From: Haliotis rubra
Lineage: Eukaryota
Assembly (NCBI RefSeq): GCF_003918875.1
Contig: NW_025766981.1
Span: forward strand, 186,001 to 250,000
Direction of reading: 5' to 3'
Length of the DNA: 64,000 nucleotides
In this document: positions 42,201 through 55,800 of the stretch, piece by piece
Layout of the letters: each line of letters opens with the position of its first letter
Position numbering within the stretch: position 1 is the first letter of the stretch
Made by a program: the position numbers and the translations under genes
Notes under the pieces: generated by a model
Database searches by the model: none
What the model was told of the DNA's origin: nothing
Seen by the model: only the letters and a program-made list of their open reading frames with translations

Positions 42201-45200
42201 ATATACTCACGCCAAAGGCTATGTCAGCAGAATGGCCAGCGTCGACGTACATGTCCATGGCAACGCTCTGGATCCGGCCGTCTTTGGTGTAGCCGACCTG
42301 AAGAAACACCAGACGTGTTGGCGTTGGCATTGGCGTTGGTTGTGTTGGTGTTGGTGTTGGTTGTGTTGGTGTTGGTTGTGTTGGTATTGGTTTTGGTGTT
42401 GGTTGTGTTGGTGTTGGTTGTGTTGGTGTTGGTGTTGGTTGTGTTGGTGTTGGTTGTGTTGGTGTTGGTGTTGGTGTTGGTTGTGTTGGTGTTGGTGTTG
42501 GTGTTGGTGTTGGTGTTGGTGATGGTGGTTGGTGTTGGTGTTGGTGTTGGTGTTGGTGTTGGTGTTGGTTGTGTTGGTGTTGGTGTTGGTGTTGGTGCTG
42601 GTGTTGGTGCTGGTGTTGGTGTTGGTTGTGTTGGTTGTGTTGGTTGTGTTGGTGTTGGTGTTGGTGTTGGTGGTTGTGTGGTGTTGTACTGGTGTTGGTG
42701 TTGGTGTTGGTGTTGGTGTTGGTGCTGGTGTTGGTGCTGGTGTTGGTGTTGGTTGTGTTGGTTGTGTTGGTGTTGGTGTTGAATTGCTGGTGTTGGTGTT
42801 GGTGTTGGTGTTGGTGTTGGTGTTGGTGTTGAAGTTTGTGTTGGTGTTGGAGTCTGCTGGCAACCTTTTGTCATTATCACCTCCGACACCAAGAAACTGT
42901 CAGGCAGACCGAACCCTCTGAGGGCTGTATTAGGTGGAGTGTTCGTCTTACACAGGTACCCCGTTATGCGGCAGTTGGGGTAACGGTACGCTGACTCGAA
43001 GTTCAACACACTCAACTGCAGAACCTGTGAACATATGAAACGTAACTAGGGTAGACATGTGATTATGATGTCGAACACTATTGTCGTAGGGATTGATCTT
43101 GTATATTCTGCGAGAAAATATATATACTCACGCCAAAGGCTATGTCAGCAGAATGGCCAGCGTCGACGTACACGTCCATGGCAACGCTCTGGATCCGGCC
43201 GTCTTTGGTGTAGCCGACCTGAAGAAACACCAGACACATGACTGTGTGACGCAGATATTAAGCAAATGTCCACAAGTGTGTTCCTTCCTTAAGGCCACAC
43301 AACTGACAAGTTTTCAGAAGGTTGCAGCAAAAATTTTTCAAGATTCTTTATTTGTAGAGAAGGCCACATGACCCGTTGTACAAATATTAAATATATAAAA
43401 TATTTACGAGTTACAGTGAACATGTCCTTTACTCTTTGAGTAGACATAGGGTATTTGGCTAAGTTGAACAATGCATTACAATAATGTATTATAATGCTAA
43501 AAACGGCGTAAGACCCTGGCCATTCAGTTCACGAAGGTCTTATCAGCCTTTCAAGCACACACTGGAACTCTTTCATCTCAAGTAGTTGAAGTTTCAGCTT
43601 GTGACCCAAACGCGATCTACAGTATTAGATGTTGATGTCCTTACTTTGTACTTGGCGTGAAACCTGGGCCCCTTCCCCGAGATGGTCATGTCCGTTCTCC
43701 GGTCCAGCACACATCTCACCGGCCGCCGGTACCTGCAACAGCGACAACACATCGTGTACACGACGTCATGACAAAACTTTCAGTGCAAAGTATATGTTTG
43801 TTAAACCTTGTCATACTGAGACTCGGTCTCGATTCCCAACATGGGTTCAAGAGGTTCGTTCTGAACGTCTCCGCTGCGAGACCGGGGCGGTGGGGTAGCC
43901 TAGTGGTTAAAGCGTTGGCTCTTCACGCCGACGACCCGGGTTCGAATCCCCACATGGGTACAATGAGTGAAGCCCATTTCTGGTGTCCCCCGCCGTGATA
44001 TTGCTGGAATATTGCTAAAAGCGGCGTAAAACCAAACTCAGTCAGTCAGTCAGTCCCTGCGACACCACTGCTGAAATCAAATGTTTCAGGCAAAATAGTT
44101 TCTGTTATTCTCGTTTCATATGTAAGGTGAGGTGAAATTGGGTTTTACCAATTTCTGGTGTACCCCGCTGTGATATTACTGGAATATTGCTGGAATATTG
44201 CTAAAAGCGGCGTAAAACCCAACTCACAAATAAGGTTGAGTCTGTGATGCATAAACTTACTTGTAGGCAGCTACGGCCACAGGTTGACAAAGGAGGTTGA
44301 TTCTTGTCTCCCTTCCACCGAAAGCACCACCTGTAAGTGAAGCAATGTGAAGAAACATAAAAATACATCAACCTTTAACACTAATACGTATCCGCTAAAC
44401 CTCACAGAAACACCGCCTCCGTGGTGTAGTGGTTAGAGCCTCCCTCCCGGAGAGTGGAAGGTCGCTGGTTCGATCCCCGACCGCGTCATACCAAAAGACG
44501 TTAAAATTTGGTACTTGTTGGTCCCTGTCTGGCGCTCGGCATTAATGAATTACAATAGGGACTGGTCGGTTCGGAGTCAGTATAATGTGTCTGAGTGGGG
44601 TATTCATGCTTCACTGCGGCATGGTATCTCAGTGGGCTAGCACTATAAAACCAGCTTAAGTCTGGGCTAGTACAAGCAGCCGCACATACACATACACATG
44701 CATGCACGTCGTCATATGAGCGAAATATTCTCAAACACGACGTAAAACCCAATTTCACCTCACTACAGAAACACCAGTATGTATCAGCAACATTCCAGCT
44801 ATATGGCGGCGGTCTGTAAATGATGAAGACAATAAAGTGATCAACATAATGAGCATCGATCAACGCAATTGGGATACGATGACATATGTCAACCAAGTCA
44901 GCGAGCCTGACCACCCGATCCCGTTTGCCGCCTCATACGACAAGCATGTGTTGCTGAAGATCAATTCTAACCCGGAACTTCACGGGACCAACTAACATGT
45001 GACTAACATCAAGCACGTGCTAATTTAATGGACCAGGATCTACACGAAAAGGTCAAGAAAGTGCTTGATAAAGGCACTTGCAACTATATCGAAATGTCAA
45101 GCAAGTGCTAGCATAGTAAATATTATTTTTCATGTTATTTCCCGGGGTATACGATGTCAAACTAAAACAGTGAGTCTGTGTGACCCCTGCTGTTTTGTAC

Positions 45201-48200
45201 AGAAAGCAACTCACCCAATCTCTTGACATGACACACCACGCGGTTGAGAGGAATACCCAGGACCTCAGCTACACTATTCTGTAAATGATAGTTAGGATCG
45301 GAACATGTATCAACAATGGGATGCTAACTGATACAAGTCCAGTGATCAATATTATTTACTTAATATACCAACATTATACATTCATATTGAACAAGAAAAA
45401 CATCGAGACAAGCTATGCTCACGGCGCTCCTAATTATTAGCCAAGTCGGCAGTTCATGGATAATTGATTTTGAATTCTCAACTCCATGGGAAGTATACAC
45501 CCTATCTGGTCACTATATATATAAGACCAGAGACATTCATTATTTTATGTAGCTCAGTCATATATCTGACTATGATAATAGGTGTACAATAAATACTCAT
45601 AACCCTGTGGATGTATAATCTAAACATACGCTGTTGGCCTACAAAGACAATCAGCTGACACACAATTATATTAGACAAAAGCAACACACCTGCGCCGAGG
45701 AAGGATCTTGTGCTGTACAGTAGAGGTCCACCTCGTTGTGCTCTGCTCTTGGCGTTACCAGAACACCCTGCCTCTCCATGTAGAAGTGTTCACGGGCGTC
45801 GATGTCCACGTGACCCACAATAACGTCATCAGACGCAGCGAAACCGGCTTCAACGTCACCGAAGACAATGGCTGGCTTTGGCCAGTTCCTCAGTATAAAA
45901 CGCCTTCTCTCGTATGGCGTCCTGGAACACCAGGTGAGAAAGATGATGATTAAATAAACAAGGAGGCAAATGGATAATTGTTGAGTGTGTCAGTCAAGTT
46001 AATACCAGAGTGCCAGCATTTTGTGTTGACCCTGGACGGAGAAGGCTAGAGCAAATTGGCAGTGCCAGTAGCTTAAATCAGGTCTCCTCTCCATTGTGCC
46101 GGTAGTTTAAATCTCCTCTCCATTATAACCTAAACTCAGTTGCCGACACAGAACCAATACCGTACCTCAATAGAAAGAATGGCAGGTAGATCCTCGTATG
46201 TCACCGTCACGTGTCTTGCTGCTTCCTGCGCCACCTGGCGATCTTCGGCAAGCACAAGGCCGATAATCTGACCACAACACTTCACCTGAAGAATTACACG
46301 AATAGTGTAAATGAAAGAGTTTCTGAAATGTCACTGTACGACTGACATAGAGCCTGAGTCATTTTGTATCATGCCATTTCAGAACACTCTATTACACATA
46401 TTGCTGATAAGGGGGCCTTTGGGTGCATTGAGTGAGTGAGCGAGCGAACGAGCGCCTGAGTTTCACTTTTATCTGAAGTTGGCTACAGTCTATCAGTACT
46501 ATACAGTACAAAAACAAAAAGAAAGTATTATACAGAATGAATTTGTTCTAAATCTGTATCAGCTGTCTGTCAACAAGGTTCATTGACTAGTAACCTTTCC
46601 CTTCTGGCAAGCGGTTTTGAATAATTATGATTGAAAGATAACTTTTGTTAACTAACCTCTGTTTCAGCAAATGCCTGTTCATCCTGTATAGCACATCCCC
46701 ACAGGTTCTTCCCTGGCACATCCTGGTGATCCACATATCCCGTTACCCCGGGCAACGCAATAGCTTTGGTCACGTCCACGTCCTTGATTCGAGCGTGTGG
46801 TCGCGTGCTCAGCACAAGTCCAGCATACAGTTCACCTACAGCGTACATCATATATATAGCGTTATGGTAGGACAAATTTAAATTTCTGTGTCAATGCCCA
46901 TTTAATGAAACAATCTAATGCTACGATCAATCTGTCAAACGGACCCTAGGACGGAACAAGGACGTAAAATGTGTTGCCATAGCTACCTTCAGATCGCGGC
47001 ATGTCGTCCAGGTACACAGCCTCTCCACACGTCATCTGTAGGGCACTGGAGTGTGGGATAGGACGACGTATGGCATCTTCCGGAGGTTGATCTGGACCGA
47101 CAGGGTCAAACACTCGGGTACTCTCGTAGTCCACAGTAGACAGGGCAGAGGGGCCGTTGGGGTCAGTCTTCGGTGAAAAGAAACAGGGCGACTAAGTACT
47201 CTGACACTTTCTCTCTGGTGGAGAATATGGAGATAAAACTCTCAGTACAGTCTATAAGGCCAGCAGGTTGACTTTAGACATGGCAGAGGGGCCATTGAGG
47301 ACAGAGAAAGGATACAAAATGACCTTGAACTCTGGTAATCTGTTAGCAGAGAAAGTGCTGTTGGTACAGTGTAGAGAGAGGATTAAATGAACAGCAACAT
47401 CCTACAGTTTGATTCTGATATCCGTGGTTGTAGATGAAACCGCTGTAACAGATGAAACCGCTGTAACAGATGAAATCGCTGTTACAAATGAAACTACTGT
47501 TACAGATGAAACCACTGTTACAGATGAAACCGCTGTAACAGATGAAATCGCTGTTACAAATGAAACTACTGTAACAGATGAAACCACTGTAACAGATTAA
47601 GCCACTGTTACAGATGAAACTGCTGTAACAGATGAGACCGCTGTAACAGATTAAACTGCTGTAACAGATTAAACCACCTCGGTATTCTGATCGTGAGAGG
47701 TGACCGAATGGGATCGGGTGGCCAGGCTTTGTGACTTAGTTGATTGCCTGTATTTATGATGCCCCAGTGTCGTTGATCGTTGATCAATCTTTCAGAAACT
47801 GTCTTGTCTGTGCAACATATTATCTTACAGACCGTTCCTGTTTAAATAACTGCTGCATTCGCATTCGCGGTCGCGTATACCACTTGTCTACCTTTCCACT
47901 GATGGTCTCTTCTATAGCAAACATGAACTTGAAAGCTTGTGCCATAGCGACATGCCGGGCGTCTTTAGTGACGGTCGTCCTGTTGTCGAGGAGATTGCCA
48001 ATGGATTTAAGAACGGTGGTCACCAGTGATAGAGACCAGCATCTGAGAAAGTGAGAAGCAGAATTCACATATTAGCAACGTGGAGATAACAATTGATGTC
48101 AGATGCCAGCTAAATATACTGACGTTAGACATGGTTATAATCATCGACATCTCATAAATATTATCACTGACATCAAATACAATTCTCTTGAAGTCAAATA

Positions 48201-49206
48201 CATGTACGTGACAGGAAGAAATTCACAAAAGGCGGATATAATTTAGAGCGGTTACATCAGATTCCATCTAAACGGAGGTGTTCAGTGATGTATGATTCCA
48301 GTGATGAACCAAAGATCAGTTCAAAATTTCTCATTTACAAATATAATCATCTTTTCCTTGACCATGTTCAGGCTATTCCGTGGAATAAGTCAATGAGAAG
48401 CTGCTCTTTGGCCTGATGATGGCATCACTTATCATACTCACTTTCCTGCCATTTCCTGCTGAAGAGCTTGAATTTTCACAACCGGCTGGAAACATTTCCC
48501 GCCAAAAGTGAAATGAATGTCCTCGATGACATCACTTCCTGGTTGAAATGACATCACTGTTACAGCATTTACGTATGACGTATCGAACCCTCGGCGTTCT
48601 GGCTGCTTGTAGAACATCACGTGATCACCCTGTCACCACAAACATGAATCAAGTTACGACACGTGATAACGCTGAAACTAAATAAGGAATACGTGTGATG
48701 TGAAAACAAAACCATTACTCTTCATAAACACGCACCTGTTTCGTGAAGGGCAAGGTGACGTAGATGAGGACGTCAGTGGGGTCAAGGCCTTTTAAGGGAG
48801 GCATAGACTTTATCACGTCACGGTAAGGCAGAGTGCGTTCACCTTTGACTGGGAAATAAAACTATAGCTGTAATACAATACACTCATCTATTGAAACGCA
48901 AAGTTATCGTTAATTGTATTATATATTTATACGCATCATCAATGCTAATTGAAGACGCATTTAAAACATGTCCTTGAATACCAAACATCTCACATTGAAA
49001 ATGTAATCCATTTCTGTATAGACATCTGAAATGCACAGACACAAACTCTGCTCTTTGCCACCGTTGTGTAGGTGACAGCACTGCGTGTGTAAACTACCAG
49101 AATTATTCTTACCTGCGTTGTCGACGTGGAGCATGGCGTCGAGAGCCAGGAAGACTGGTTGGAGATCAGAAACAGTGGCCGAGTTGAGAAGATTGCCCCC
49201 AATACT
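30205..49206 (-). CDS. Xanthine dehydrogenase/aldehyde oxidase-family molybdo-flavoenzyme, copy A (5'-truncated in window; two 1-bp frameshifts, so either a pseudogene or assembly errors)
   Basis: 23 GT-AG exons, listed 5'->3': 49113-49206, 48736-48848, 48442-48629, 47892-48042, 46987-47167, 46657-46835, 46166-46285, 45690-45921 (+1 nt), 45215-45278, 44261-44330, 43645-43732, 42211-42297, 41911-42103 (+1 nt), 41296-41441, 40639-40720, 40389-40484, 39711-39839, 37947-38021, 37776-37828, 37343-37460, 33425-33511, 31978-32145, 30205-30381 (stop). Motifs [73 protein letters not shown]. Confidence 0.93.
32252..32755. mobile_element. Composite SINE B + SINE C segment, an inverted copy of ~44440-44935
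   Basis: Shares the non-SINE junction GCTGATACATACTGGTGTTTCTGTAGTGAGGTG with the 44.4-44.9 kb segment. Confidence 0.85.
33675..37315. repeat. 27-bp minisatellite (~3.6 kb, ~135 copies) in a copy-A intron
   Basis: Unit GTGGACATACCTGACGTTATCCTGTAA with variants and higher-order blocks. The long ORFs over it are repeat artefacts. Confidence 0.97.
38314..39602 (-). mobile_element. Near full-length Tc1-like transposon in a copy-A intron
   Basis: TA-flanked TIRs CAGTACAACCAGAAATTATTGAGAATTT; ORFs 38911-39420 (GAGRPRK, VIFSDES) and 38446-38868 ([19 protein letters not shown]). Frameshifted, and the second catalytic D is changed to N. Confidence 0.93.
41480..41625. repeat. GT-rich (GGTGTK)n microsatellite
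   Basis: Direct observation. Confidence 0.85.
42315..42850. repeat. (TGTTGG)n microsatellite separating the duplicated exon pair
   Basis: Direct observation. The low-complexity ORFs here are artefacts. Confidence 0.95.
42846..43236 (-). pseudogene. Tandem duplicate of two copy-A exons (43132-43218 complete; ~42850-43024 truncated at its 3' end)
   Basis: Near-identical to ~41925-42316 at a 921-bp offset. The second exon lacks its 3' end and donor and runs into (TGTTGG)n. Confidence 0.85.
43884..44055 (+). mobile_element. tRNA-derived SINE, family A
   Basis: GGGGCGGTGGGGTAGCCTAGTGG...GGTTCGAATCCC head and (CAGT)n tail. Confidence 0.9.
44412..44987. mobile_element. Full-length SINE C (+, 44412-44763) tail-to-tail with SINE B (-)
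   Basis: SINE C is flanked by an ACAGAAACAC TSD-like repeat; the adjacent family-B copy is complete. Confidence 0.85.
47432..47678. repeat. 18-bp minisatellite
   Basis: Unit GATGAAACCGCTGTAACA, ~13 copies. Confidence 0.9.
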
Positions 49207-49375
49207 CTGTAATGAACGGTGATGTATTAAGTACTTTCTGCCATCACCAACCACCACCGACAAAGTTATCATCCTTCAAGTTTTCATTTTTCTGTTTATA
49301 TCCCCAAGTAAGGGAACATATTATCACGTTATAACTTGAGATTTCTAATTTCAAAGCACATACAATACAGAATTA

Positions 49376-49530
49376 TCACCGGGTATTATACAAGAGGTCA
49401 TGTCACCGGGGATTATACAAGATGTCATGTGACCGGGGATTATACAGAAGGTCATGTCACCGGGGATTATACAGAAGGTCATGTCATCGGGGATTATACA
49501 GGAGGTCGCGTCGCCGGGGATTATAACGGA
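49376..49530. repeat. 27-bp tandem repeat starting exactly where homology between the two gene copies ends
   Basis: Unit like TCACCGGGGATTATACAGAAGGTCATG, ~6 copies. Confidence 0.85.
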
Positions 49531-49829
49531 TGGCATCTTGATAAGGACCACATAGGAGTGAGTGAGTGAGTTTAGTTTTACGCCGCTCTCAGCAATATTC
49601 CAGGTATATGGCGGCGGTCGGACCAGATAAGACGGCATGTAAGTGATGCTGATTATATAGGCCTTGTGAGGTAAACATTAGGTGGCCATTGCAATCCGGA
49701 AGATATAGGGGGTCATGTCACTTGGGACTATTAAAGGTCATTTCAACCAAGAGACCATTTATGTAAAGATATGCCCGTGAGATCTTCGCAACCACTAGCC
49801 GTTACATTGTCACTACACGTGTCTTGTAG

Positions 49830-52800
49830 GTTGGAAGACCCGGTCTGTGAGGGTTCTTGAGGATGCTCTCCGCTGGGTGGCTGCAGGACAAGTCAGGAAC
49901 GTGGCGGTGGGTAGCATAAGTGTTTCTGATAGATACAATACGGCATTGAAGTCTTGAAAAGTACCAGATATTTTCTTTATCTTGCTAAGATGCTAATTCT
50001 GTATTGTATGTGCTTTTAAATTAGAAATCTCAAGTTATAACGTGATAACATGTTCCCTTACTTAAACAGGGATATAAACAGAAAAATTAAAACTGGAAGG
50101 ATGATAACTTTGTCGGTGGTGGTTGGTGATGACAGAAAGTACTTAATACATCACCGTTCATTACAGAGTATTGGGGGCAATCTTCTCAACTCGGCCACTG
50201 TTTCCGATCTCCAACCAGTCTTCCTGGCTCTCGACGCCATGCTCCACGTCGACAACGCAGGTAAGCATAATTCTGGCAGTTAACACACGCAGTGCTGTCA
50301 CCTACAAAACGGTGGCAAAAGGTAGATTTTGTGTGCATTTCAGCTGTCTATATAGAATTGCATTATTTTTCAATGTGAAATTTTCGGTATCCAAGGACAT
50401 GTTCTAAAATGCGTCTTCAATTAGGATTGATGATAAATATAAATAAATAATACATTTAACCTTAACTTTGTGTTAAATAGATGAGTGTATTGCATTACAG
50501 CTATAGTTTTATTTCCCAGTCAAAGGTGAACGCACTCTGCCTTACCGTGACTTGATGAAGTCTACGCCGCCCTTAAAAGGCCTTGACCCCACTGACGTCC
50601 TCCTCTATGTCACCTTGCCCTTCACGAAACAGGTGAGTGTTGATGTAAGAGTTATGGTTTTGTTTTCACATCACACGTATTCCTTATTTAGTTTCAGCGT
50701 TATCAAATTTCTTCGTAAATTGATTTATTTTTGTGGTGACAGGGTGATCACGTGATGTTCTACAAGCAGCCAGTGCGCCGAGGGTTTGACACGTCATACG
50801 TTAATGCTGTAACGGCGATGTCATTTCAACCAATTTCAAGTGATGTTATCGAGGACATTCATTTCACTTTTGGCGGGAAATGTTTCCAGCCGGTTGTGAA
50901 AATTCAAGATCTTCAGCAGGAAATGGCAGGAAAGTGAGTATGAGAAGTGATATTATTGCTTAGCCACAGAGCACCTTCTCGGAGACCTTTAACACGAAAT
51001 AGCCTGAATATGATACTGAAAAGACAAAAGTGATATATTTGCAACTGACAAATGTTGGAACTTATCTTTGGTTCAACGCTGGAATCTAAGATCTCTGAAC
51101 ATCTAAATTCTATTTGATGCCATCTTTCCGACCATTTTCTAATGAATATTTTCCTGTCACGTGCATGTCTCTTACATCTCAGAATATATTCATGTGAATT
51201 ACCTTTTACGCGAATTGTATTTGTGGGATGTCGATGATTGTCTGACTAGTTCATGTTTATTCCTGGCAACTAGCCATGGCATCTGATGTCGGCTAGTAGT
51301 TCCATGTCTCAAATACCTGACTTGTGCTTCTCTTTTTCACAGGAGCTGGTCTCTGTCACTGGTGCCAGCCGTTCTTACCTCCCTTGGTAAAATCCTTAAT
51401 AACAGGACGACCATCACGGTAGACGCCCGGCATGTCGCTATGGCCCAGGTTTTCAAATTCATGTTTGCGGTAGAAGAGGAAGTCAATGGAAAGGTAAACT
51501 AGGCACTTAGCTGAATGCAGTGGGGAGCATTGGTGGTGATTTCAGCGCTAAACATACGATATTAACACACACACACGCACGCATGCACGCACGCACACAC
51601 ACACACACGCACACTCACTCAAAATCAGTACAGTCCGTATCCGACTCATGGCCACTACTGTCGACCTGTTTTCACTCTTGACTGTACCGAGAATTCTTTG
51701 TCCTTTAAAATCGTGCCCGAATACATAATCACCTTGTTTCATTTCTCTGAAGACTGCCCCGAACGGTCCCTCTGCGCTGTCTACTGTGGACTACGAGAGT
51801 ACCCGAGTGTTTGACACTGTCGGTCCAGATCAACCTCCGGAAGATGCCATACGTCGTCCTATCCCACACTCCAGTGCCCTACAGATGACGTGTGGAGAGG
51901 CTGTGTACCTGGACGATATGCCGCGATCTGAAGGTAGCTATGGCAACACGTTTTACCTTCGTGCTACGTATTTAATGCTCTGATCCTGGTGCCAATATTT
52001 GCTTCGTAGAACGTAACCCCCATACATGATTTTCCATATGTCGTACCATCAAGTTATATTATCTGATCATTATGATACTTGTATGCTTATATGTGTCATA
52101 CGGGGTCTTGATTGGGCTGCTTGTCTCAGTGATTTTGCTGTTTTGAGTTACGTCCCTTGGGCACGCCAGTAACCTACGATCGTTGATTAAATCCCTGTTC
52201 ATGTTAGGTCAAAGCCATCTCAACGCCAGTACACGAGAGTTTCACACAATTTCTAAACGTCTTTCCTCCAAAATTAAGCTGACTTTCCATCACATAACAG
52301 GAATACTGTTAAAAGCCTTTTAACCAAACTCACTTATACGTACGATACAAGAGTGTGCATACATTGTAGGTGAACTGTATGCTGGACTTGTGCTGAGCAC
52401 GCGACCACACGCTCGAATCAAGGACGTGGACGTGACTGAAGCTATTGCGTTGCCCGGGGTAACGGGATATGTGGATCACCAGGATGTGCCAGGGAAGAAC
52501 CTGTGGGGATGTGCTATACACTGTGAACAGGCATTTGCTGAAACAGAGGTTAGTTAAGAAACTTAAGGCTATCATTCTATTTTTGTTCAATCTTACAAAG
52601 AAGTTCCATTTATCAGCAGTGTTTGCCCTTAACCCCGAAAAGCTGCAGGCTCTAAGGACCCGGGACCAGTAAGTTGTGTGTCCTGATCAGAATGTGTGGG
52701 CCCTATATTTTAGCTACAATATAAGTAATTCCCAGCAAACCATGCCATAAGGACCCGCAGAACACAAAAGCTGTGGGTCCGGTGGTTTTCAGTCGTCTTA

Positions 52801-55800
52801 GGGCCAAAGGACCGACGTTAATTTCGAACGCTGTTTATCAGTATAGAACCGTTCCTAGTTTTGTAAAAAACTCGGAAGACCTCCCACTCACTCACTCAAA
52901 TGATGTAGTCAATGCTCAAACGCAACCTTATTCGGAATATAATGTAGACATATGAGGATGATACATTTAGGGTTCTGAAGTGGCATGATTCTTGATGCGT
53001 CCGTTATTATATACTAGTAATTAAATTTCTGAGACTATTTCATTAATAACTTGAGTAATTCTTCAGGTGAAGTGTTGTGGTCAGATTATCGGCCTTGTTC
53101 TTGCCGAAGATCGACAGGTGGCGCAGGAAGCAGCAAGACACGTGACGGTGACATACGAGGATCTACCTGCCATTCTTTCTATTGAGGTACTAGCTATATA
53201 TATATATATAGTTCTGTGCCGTAGGTGCGTGTTAATAAGGGCCTGTGCTTCGTTCTATAGAACCTATTTCTGAGGGTTGTTGGTATTACATTACCAGTTA
53301 CGCAGTATACCCTGGTTAAAATGCCACCGTTTGTCCAGGAGAAATTGTGTAATTGGCATAATAACCAGGGAGAAATTACTTTTGTTCCAAACGCCATTGG
53401 CAAATGGCATCATATTCAGTTCGGTGTTATAACCAGTGTATTGTAAGGCTAGGACATCAATTCGGGCAAAAACATGACATTATATCCAGGGTGGCATTAT
53501 AACCAGGGGCATTATAACCAGGGTGCACTGTTATGCAAATATAGACTGAAGAGGCAACAACGGCGTCTGGCCTTCTTGATTCAGACTTCTGTCTCTCACT
53601 CCGCTGTAAGACTGTCCCGTTGGACAACGAATTTTGGCAGACTAGAAAATATTAACATCATTGATGCACTCAACAATTGTTAATATGAATATGGTTCTTG
53701 TATCATACATTTGCAAGCCCTGCAATCATTGCATCAACAAAGTTAACACATACCAATTCATCATGAAAACCTGGTGTTCCAGGACGCCATACGGGAGAAG
53801 GCGTTCTTCACCGAGAAACCAGCCACACCAGCCATCGTCTTCGGTGACGTTGAAGCCGGTTTCGCTGCGTCTGATGACGTCATTGAAGGTCACGTGGACA
53901 TCGACGCCCGTGAACACTTCTACATGGAAAGTCATGGTGTTCTGGTAAAGCCAAGAGCAGAACACAACGAGGTGGACCTCTACTGCACGACACAAAATCC
54001 TTCGATGGCACAGGTATATATCATTGTCTTTGAGTAAGTGAGTATGATGTTACGCTGCTTTTACCAATATTCCAGCAATATCACGGCGAGGGACACCAGA
54101 TTGTACCCATATGGGGAATCGGACAAGGGTCTTCAGCACGACGACTGGACGCTTTAACAATTAGGCTACCCCACCGCCCCAATTACCTTGGAAGACCAAC
54201 ACTGCGTGTCCAGAATGCATCCATATAGTAAAGTGTATTTGGTGTATTGCTGTTATGACATTCAGATATCATACAACTGGGGTGTTTCAATTGTATCTGC
54301 GATCGTATATATAATGCCCAACGTTGCATGTATACAATCCCCGCCCCACACGACCGTGAAGATCCGGGTTAGAATTGGCCCTCAGCAACCCATGCTTGTG
54401 GTAAGAGGCGGCTAACGGAATGGTTGGCCAGGCTCGCTGACTTGGTTGACACATGTCATCGTATCCCAAAAGCGTAGATCGATGCTCATACTGTTTATCA
54501 CTGGACTGTCTGGTCCAGACTCAATTATTTACAGACCGCCGCCACATAGCTAGATTATTGGTGAGTGCAGCGTTTAACAACATACAAACAACACAAACGA
54601 TTGTATACTCCCCTGGAAACTGAGAATACAAAAGTAATCTTCTTTGGGCGATTATCATATCTTGTGAGCAATTAGCATCCTGTTATTGACATGCGCTCTT
54701 ATTATCCTTTTTGCAGAATAGTATAGCTCGGGTACTTGGTATTCCTCTCAACCGCGTGGTGTGTCATGTCAAGAGACTGGGTAAGTTATATGTGGGCTTT
54801 GATCTATCATTTGGTACAACCAACGACAGTTGTAAGAAAACTCGTTGAACATTGCAGTCGGAATGTATTCATGCCCGTGTCTTTACAAAGCTTTGGCTTG
54901 AAAATTCTCTGTAGATGCTAGAACCTTTATCACGCACATACAACTGACGTTTAGTTAGAGATTTTTGTGCAGTTATCCAAGCACTTGCTAGAGGTTTAGT
55001 TACAGATGTTTGAACCGTTATCAAGCACTTGCTAGAGGTTTAGTTACACATGTTAGTACCGTTATCAAGCACTTGCTAGAGGTTTAGTAAAAGATGTCTG
55101 TACCGTTATCAAGCACTTGCTAGAGGTTTAGTTACAGATGTTTGTACAGTTATCAACACTTGCAAGAGGTTTAGTTACAGATGTTTGTACCGTTATCAAC
55201 ACTTGCTAGAGGTTTAGTTACAGATGTTAGTACCGTTATCAAGCACTTGCAAGAGGTTTAGTTACAGATGTTTGTACCGTTATCAACACTAGCTAGATGT
55301 TTAGTTGCAGATGATAGTACCATCATCAAGCACTTGCAAGAGGTTTAGTTACAGATGTTTGTACCGTTATCAACACTTGCTAGATGTTTAGTTACAGATG
55401 TTTGTACCGTTATCAACACTTGCAAGAGGTTTAGTTACAGATGTTTGTACCGTTATAAACACTTGCTAGATGTTTAGTTACAGATGTTTGTACCGTTATC
55501 AAGCACTTGCAAGAGGTTTAGTTTCAGATGTTTGTACCGTTATCAAGCACTTGCTAGAGGTTTAGTTACGGATGTTTGTACCGTTATCAACACTTGCTAG
55601 AGGTTTAGTTACAGATGTTTGTACCGTTATCAAAACTTGCAATAGGTTTAGTTACAGATGTTTGTACCGTTATCAAGCACTTGCAAGAGGTTTAGTTACA
55701 GATGTTAGTACCGTTATCAACACTTGCAAGAGGTTTAATTACAGATGTTTGTACCGTTATTGACACTTGCTAGAGGTTTAGTTACAGATGTTTGTACCGT

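Noticed and set aside
42138-43015. Pro/Thr/Asn- or Val/Leu-rich ORFs resembling mucin or membrane proteins
   Set aside because: They derive from the (TGTTGG)n microsatellite.
43884-43955. tRNA genes (also at 44412, 62701 and others)
   Set aside because: These are tRNA-derived SINE heads continuous with SINE bodies, tails and TSDs.
47402-47600. VTDETA-repeat protein
   Set aside because: An 18-bp intronic minisatellite with stops in later units.
49376-49994. Bidirectional promoter for two complete genes
   Set aside because: Both copies begin with internal exons preceded by splice acceptors, and the orphan exon has no in-frame start.
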